From NCBI GenBank assembly GCA_963665095.1, contig OY762069.1:4544001-4608000 (forward strand): DNA of 64,000 nt. The letters run 5' to 3'. Shown here one piece after another: positions 62,477-64,000 of this stretch; position 1 is the stretch's first letter; every line of letters begins with the position of its first letter. A program made the translations under genes and the position numbers. Source of the DNA: an uncultured Desulfobacter sp. (lineage in GTDB: Bacteria; Desulfobacterota; Desulfobacteria; Desulfobacterales; Desulfobacteraceae). The notes below the pieces were generated by a model. It was not told where the DNA came from. It was given only the letters and a program-made list of their open reading frames with translations, and did not search any database.

Positions 62477-62956
62477 ATGGAACATATTGTAGGTGTAGCA
62501 GACATGAAAGTCAGCAATCAGGCAGGAGACACCATTGTAACATACTCACTTGGTTCCTGTATCGGGCTTGCGATATATGATCCCAAAGCCAGGGTAGGGG
62601 GAGTGCTTCATTATATGCTGCCAGACTCTACCATTGATGAGAACAAGGCCCAAAATAATCCCTTCATGTTCGCTAATACCGGGATTCCCACACTGTTTAA
62701 ACAGGTATATATGCTGGGTGCTGATAAATCCAGGATCAGAGTTTTTGTGGCCGGAGGCGCTGAAATCATGGATCAGGAGGGCGTGTTTAATATTGGACGG
62801 CGCAATTATACGGCCCTGATGCAGATATTGACCCGGAACAATATTTCCATCTGGAAACAGGCTGTGGGGGGCAATTCAAACCGCACCATCAGAATGGACA
62901 TCACCACCGGTAACATCCATTTGAAAACATCCGGACAGGGTGAGGTGCAATTATGA
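62477..62956 (+). CDS. cheD: Chemoreceptor glutamine deamidase CheD
   Basis: TYSLGSCIG, GGVLHYMLP, AGGA, IGRRN, VGG..RT. Confidence 0.93.
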   Translation: MEHIVGVADMKVSNQAGDTIVTYSLGSCIGLAIYDPKARVGGVLHYMLPDSTIDENKAQNNPFMFANTGIPTLFKQVYMLGADKSRIRVFVAGGAEIMDQEGVFNIGRRNYTALMQILTRNNISIWKQAVGGNSNRTIRMDITTGNIHLKTSGQGEVQL

Positions 62957-63801
62957 TAAACCTCCAGGATCTGGTCAGGGAAATAAAAAATTTAACACCC
63001 ATCCCTGCTGTGGTCATGACCTTGCTGGACGTGGTGGAAGACCCCAACAAGACCATGGACGATGTCACCAATATTATTCAGTATGATCCGGCCATCACCG
63101 CTGATGTGCTTCGAACAGCCAACTCTGCATACTTTGGCTTAAAATACCCGGCTGAAACCATCACAGAAGCGGCCAGAATGCTGGGTACGGACCGACTTGT
63201 TGAGCTTGTTTTACTGAAAGTGGCTTCCAAGGTAACAAAAGGACCGCTTGGGGGATACGATCTTCACGAAGGGGCTTTGTGGAAGTATTCTGTATCATCA
63301 GCCATTATCGCCAAACAGGTGGCAGCGAAGATGGACCTGCCCCATAAATGCAGCATCTTCACCGCATCCCTTCTCAAAGATATCGGCAAAACTGTTATGG
63401 ATAAATATGTCCAGGACGCCTATGAAACAATTTCCAGCCTGGTCATGAATGAAAACTTCAGCTTCATGGAAGCAGAAAAAAAGGTACTTGGTGTAGACCA
63501 CGCAGAACTGGGCGGGATGATTGCCAAAATGTGGAAATTCTCTCCCAAAATGGTAAAAATCATCCGCAATCACCACCTCACCAGTGAAACCATGGTCAGA
63601 GATAAAGATATTGCCGTAGTCTACCTTGCCGACTGCATCTGTATGATGATGGGCATGGGGGTTGGTGCCGACGGCCTGGCATACAGGTTCCACCACCAGG
63701 CCATGGAGCATATTGGTATTTCAGCAGACGATACCGTAAAAATCATTGCTGATTTCGCCCTTCAAATGCAGGAATTAGAAAAGCTGTTACAGATTTCCTG
63801 A
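62953..63801 (+). CDS. HDOD domain protein
   Basis: DPAITADVLRTANSAYFG, LWKYS, LLKDIGK, DHAELGG..W..IRNHH. Confidence 0.92.
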   Translation: MINLQDLVREIKNLTPIPAVVMTLLDVVEDPNKTMDDVTNIIQYDPAITADVLRTANSAYFGLKYPAETITEAARMLGTDRLVELVLLKVASKVTKGPLGGYDLHEGALWKYSVSSAIIAKQVAAKMDLPHKCSIFTASLLKDIGKTVMDKYVQDAYETISSLVMNENFSFMEAEKKVLGVDHAELGGMIAKMWKFSPKMVKIIRNHHLTSETMVRDKDIAVVYLADCICMMMGMGVGADGLAYRFHHQAMEHIGISADDTVKIIADFALQMQELEKLLQIS

Positions 63802-63809
63802 GCTGTCGG

Positions 63810-63832
63810 GCACCAGGCAGACTGCCTGGTGC
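63810..63832. terminator. Inverted repeat between convergent genes
   Basis: GCACCAGGCAG-A-CTGCCTGGTGC. Confidence 0.5.
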
Positions 63833-64000
63833 TATCTGCGCACCTCAATCCCCTCCTGAGCCAGATGCGCCTTAACCGACTGAATGGGGACCTCTTCCCT
63901 GTGGAAAATACCAGCAGCCAGGGCGGCTTCCGCTTTGGTCTTTTTAAACACTTCTGAAAAGTGCGCCTCGCACCCGGCCCCGGAAGAGGCGATCACGGGT
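63832..64000 (-). CDS. hisF: Imidazole glycerol phosphate synthase cyclase domain, C-terminal part (partial)
   Basis: Hand translation: [55 protein letters not shown]. Confidence 0.88.
   Translation of the reverse strand, partial: PVIASSGAGCEAHFSEVFKKTKAEAALAAGIFHREEVPIQSVKAHLAQEGIEVRR

Overview
Bacterial chromosomal window; gene content and protein style suggest a sulfate-reducing deltaproteobacterium of the Desulfobacteraceae type (inference). From left to right: (i) a cobalamin-riboswitch-controlled TonB-dependent receptor/DUF2162/MotA-TolQ operon, divergent from a six-gene DUF3450-ExbB-ExbB-ExbD-TonB-TPR operon ending in aroK; (ii) a FeeM-like acyltransferase; (iii) an unusual two-gene unit of an SPFH protein plus a 1105-aa protein with two classical-clade AAA modules fused to a Lon-type Ser-Lys protease domain; (iv) housekeeping genes (YdgA-like, recD2, gmhB, rlpA, lon, hsp20, hybrid kinase, lnt, frameshifted prfB); (v) a sigma54-activated beta-oxidation operon; (vi) an accessory stretch with an MCP, hipBA, vapBC, an antitoxin remnant and a decayed IS110/IS1111-type element whose structured downstream RNA region (bridge/seek-RNA-like) appears retained, all between ~19-bp direct repeats; (vii) a PEP-CTERM protein, an IS200 relic and a PEP-CTERM-associated TPR/ATPase cluster, including a membrane-anchored coiled-coil protein with a RelE-like tail; (viii) dnaN-gyrB-ssb, cheD-HDOD and the 3' end of a plant/fungal-type hisF. 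No rRNA, tRNA or CRISPR array was recognised. All family calls come from motif recognition by eye; no database searches were run.
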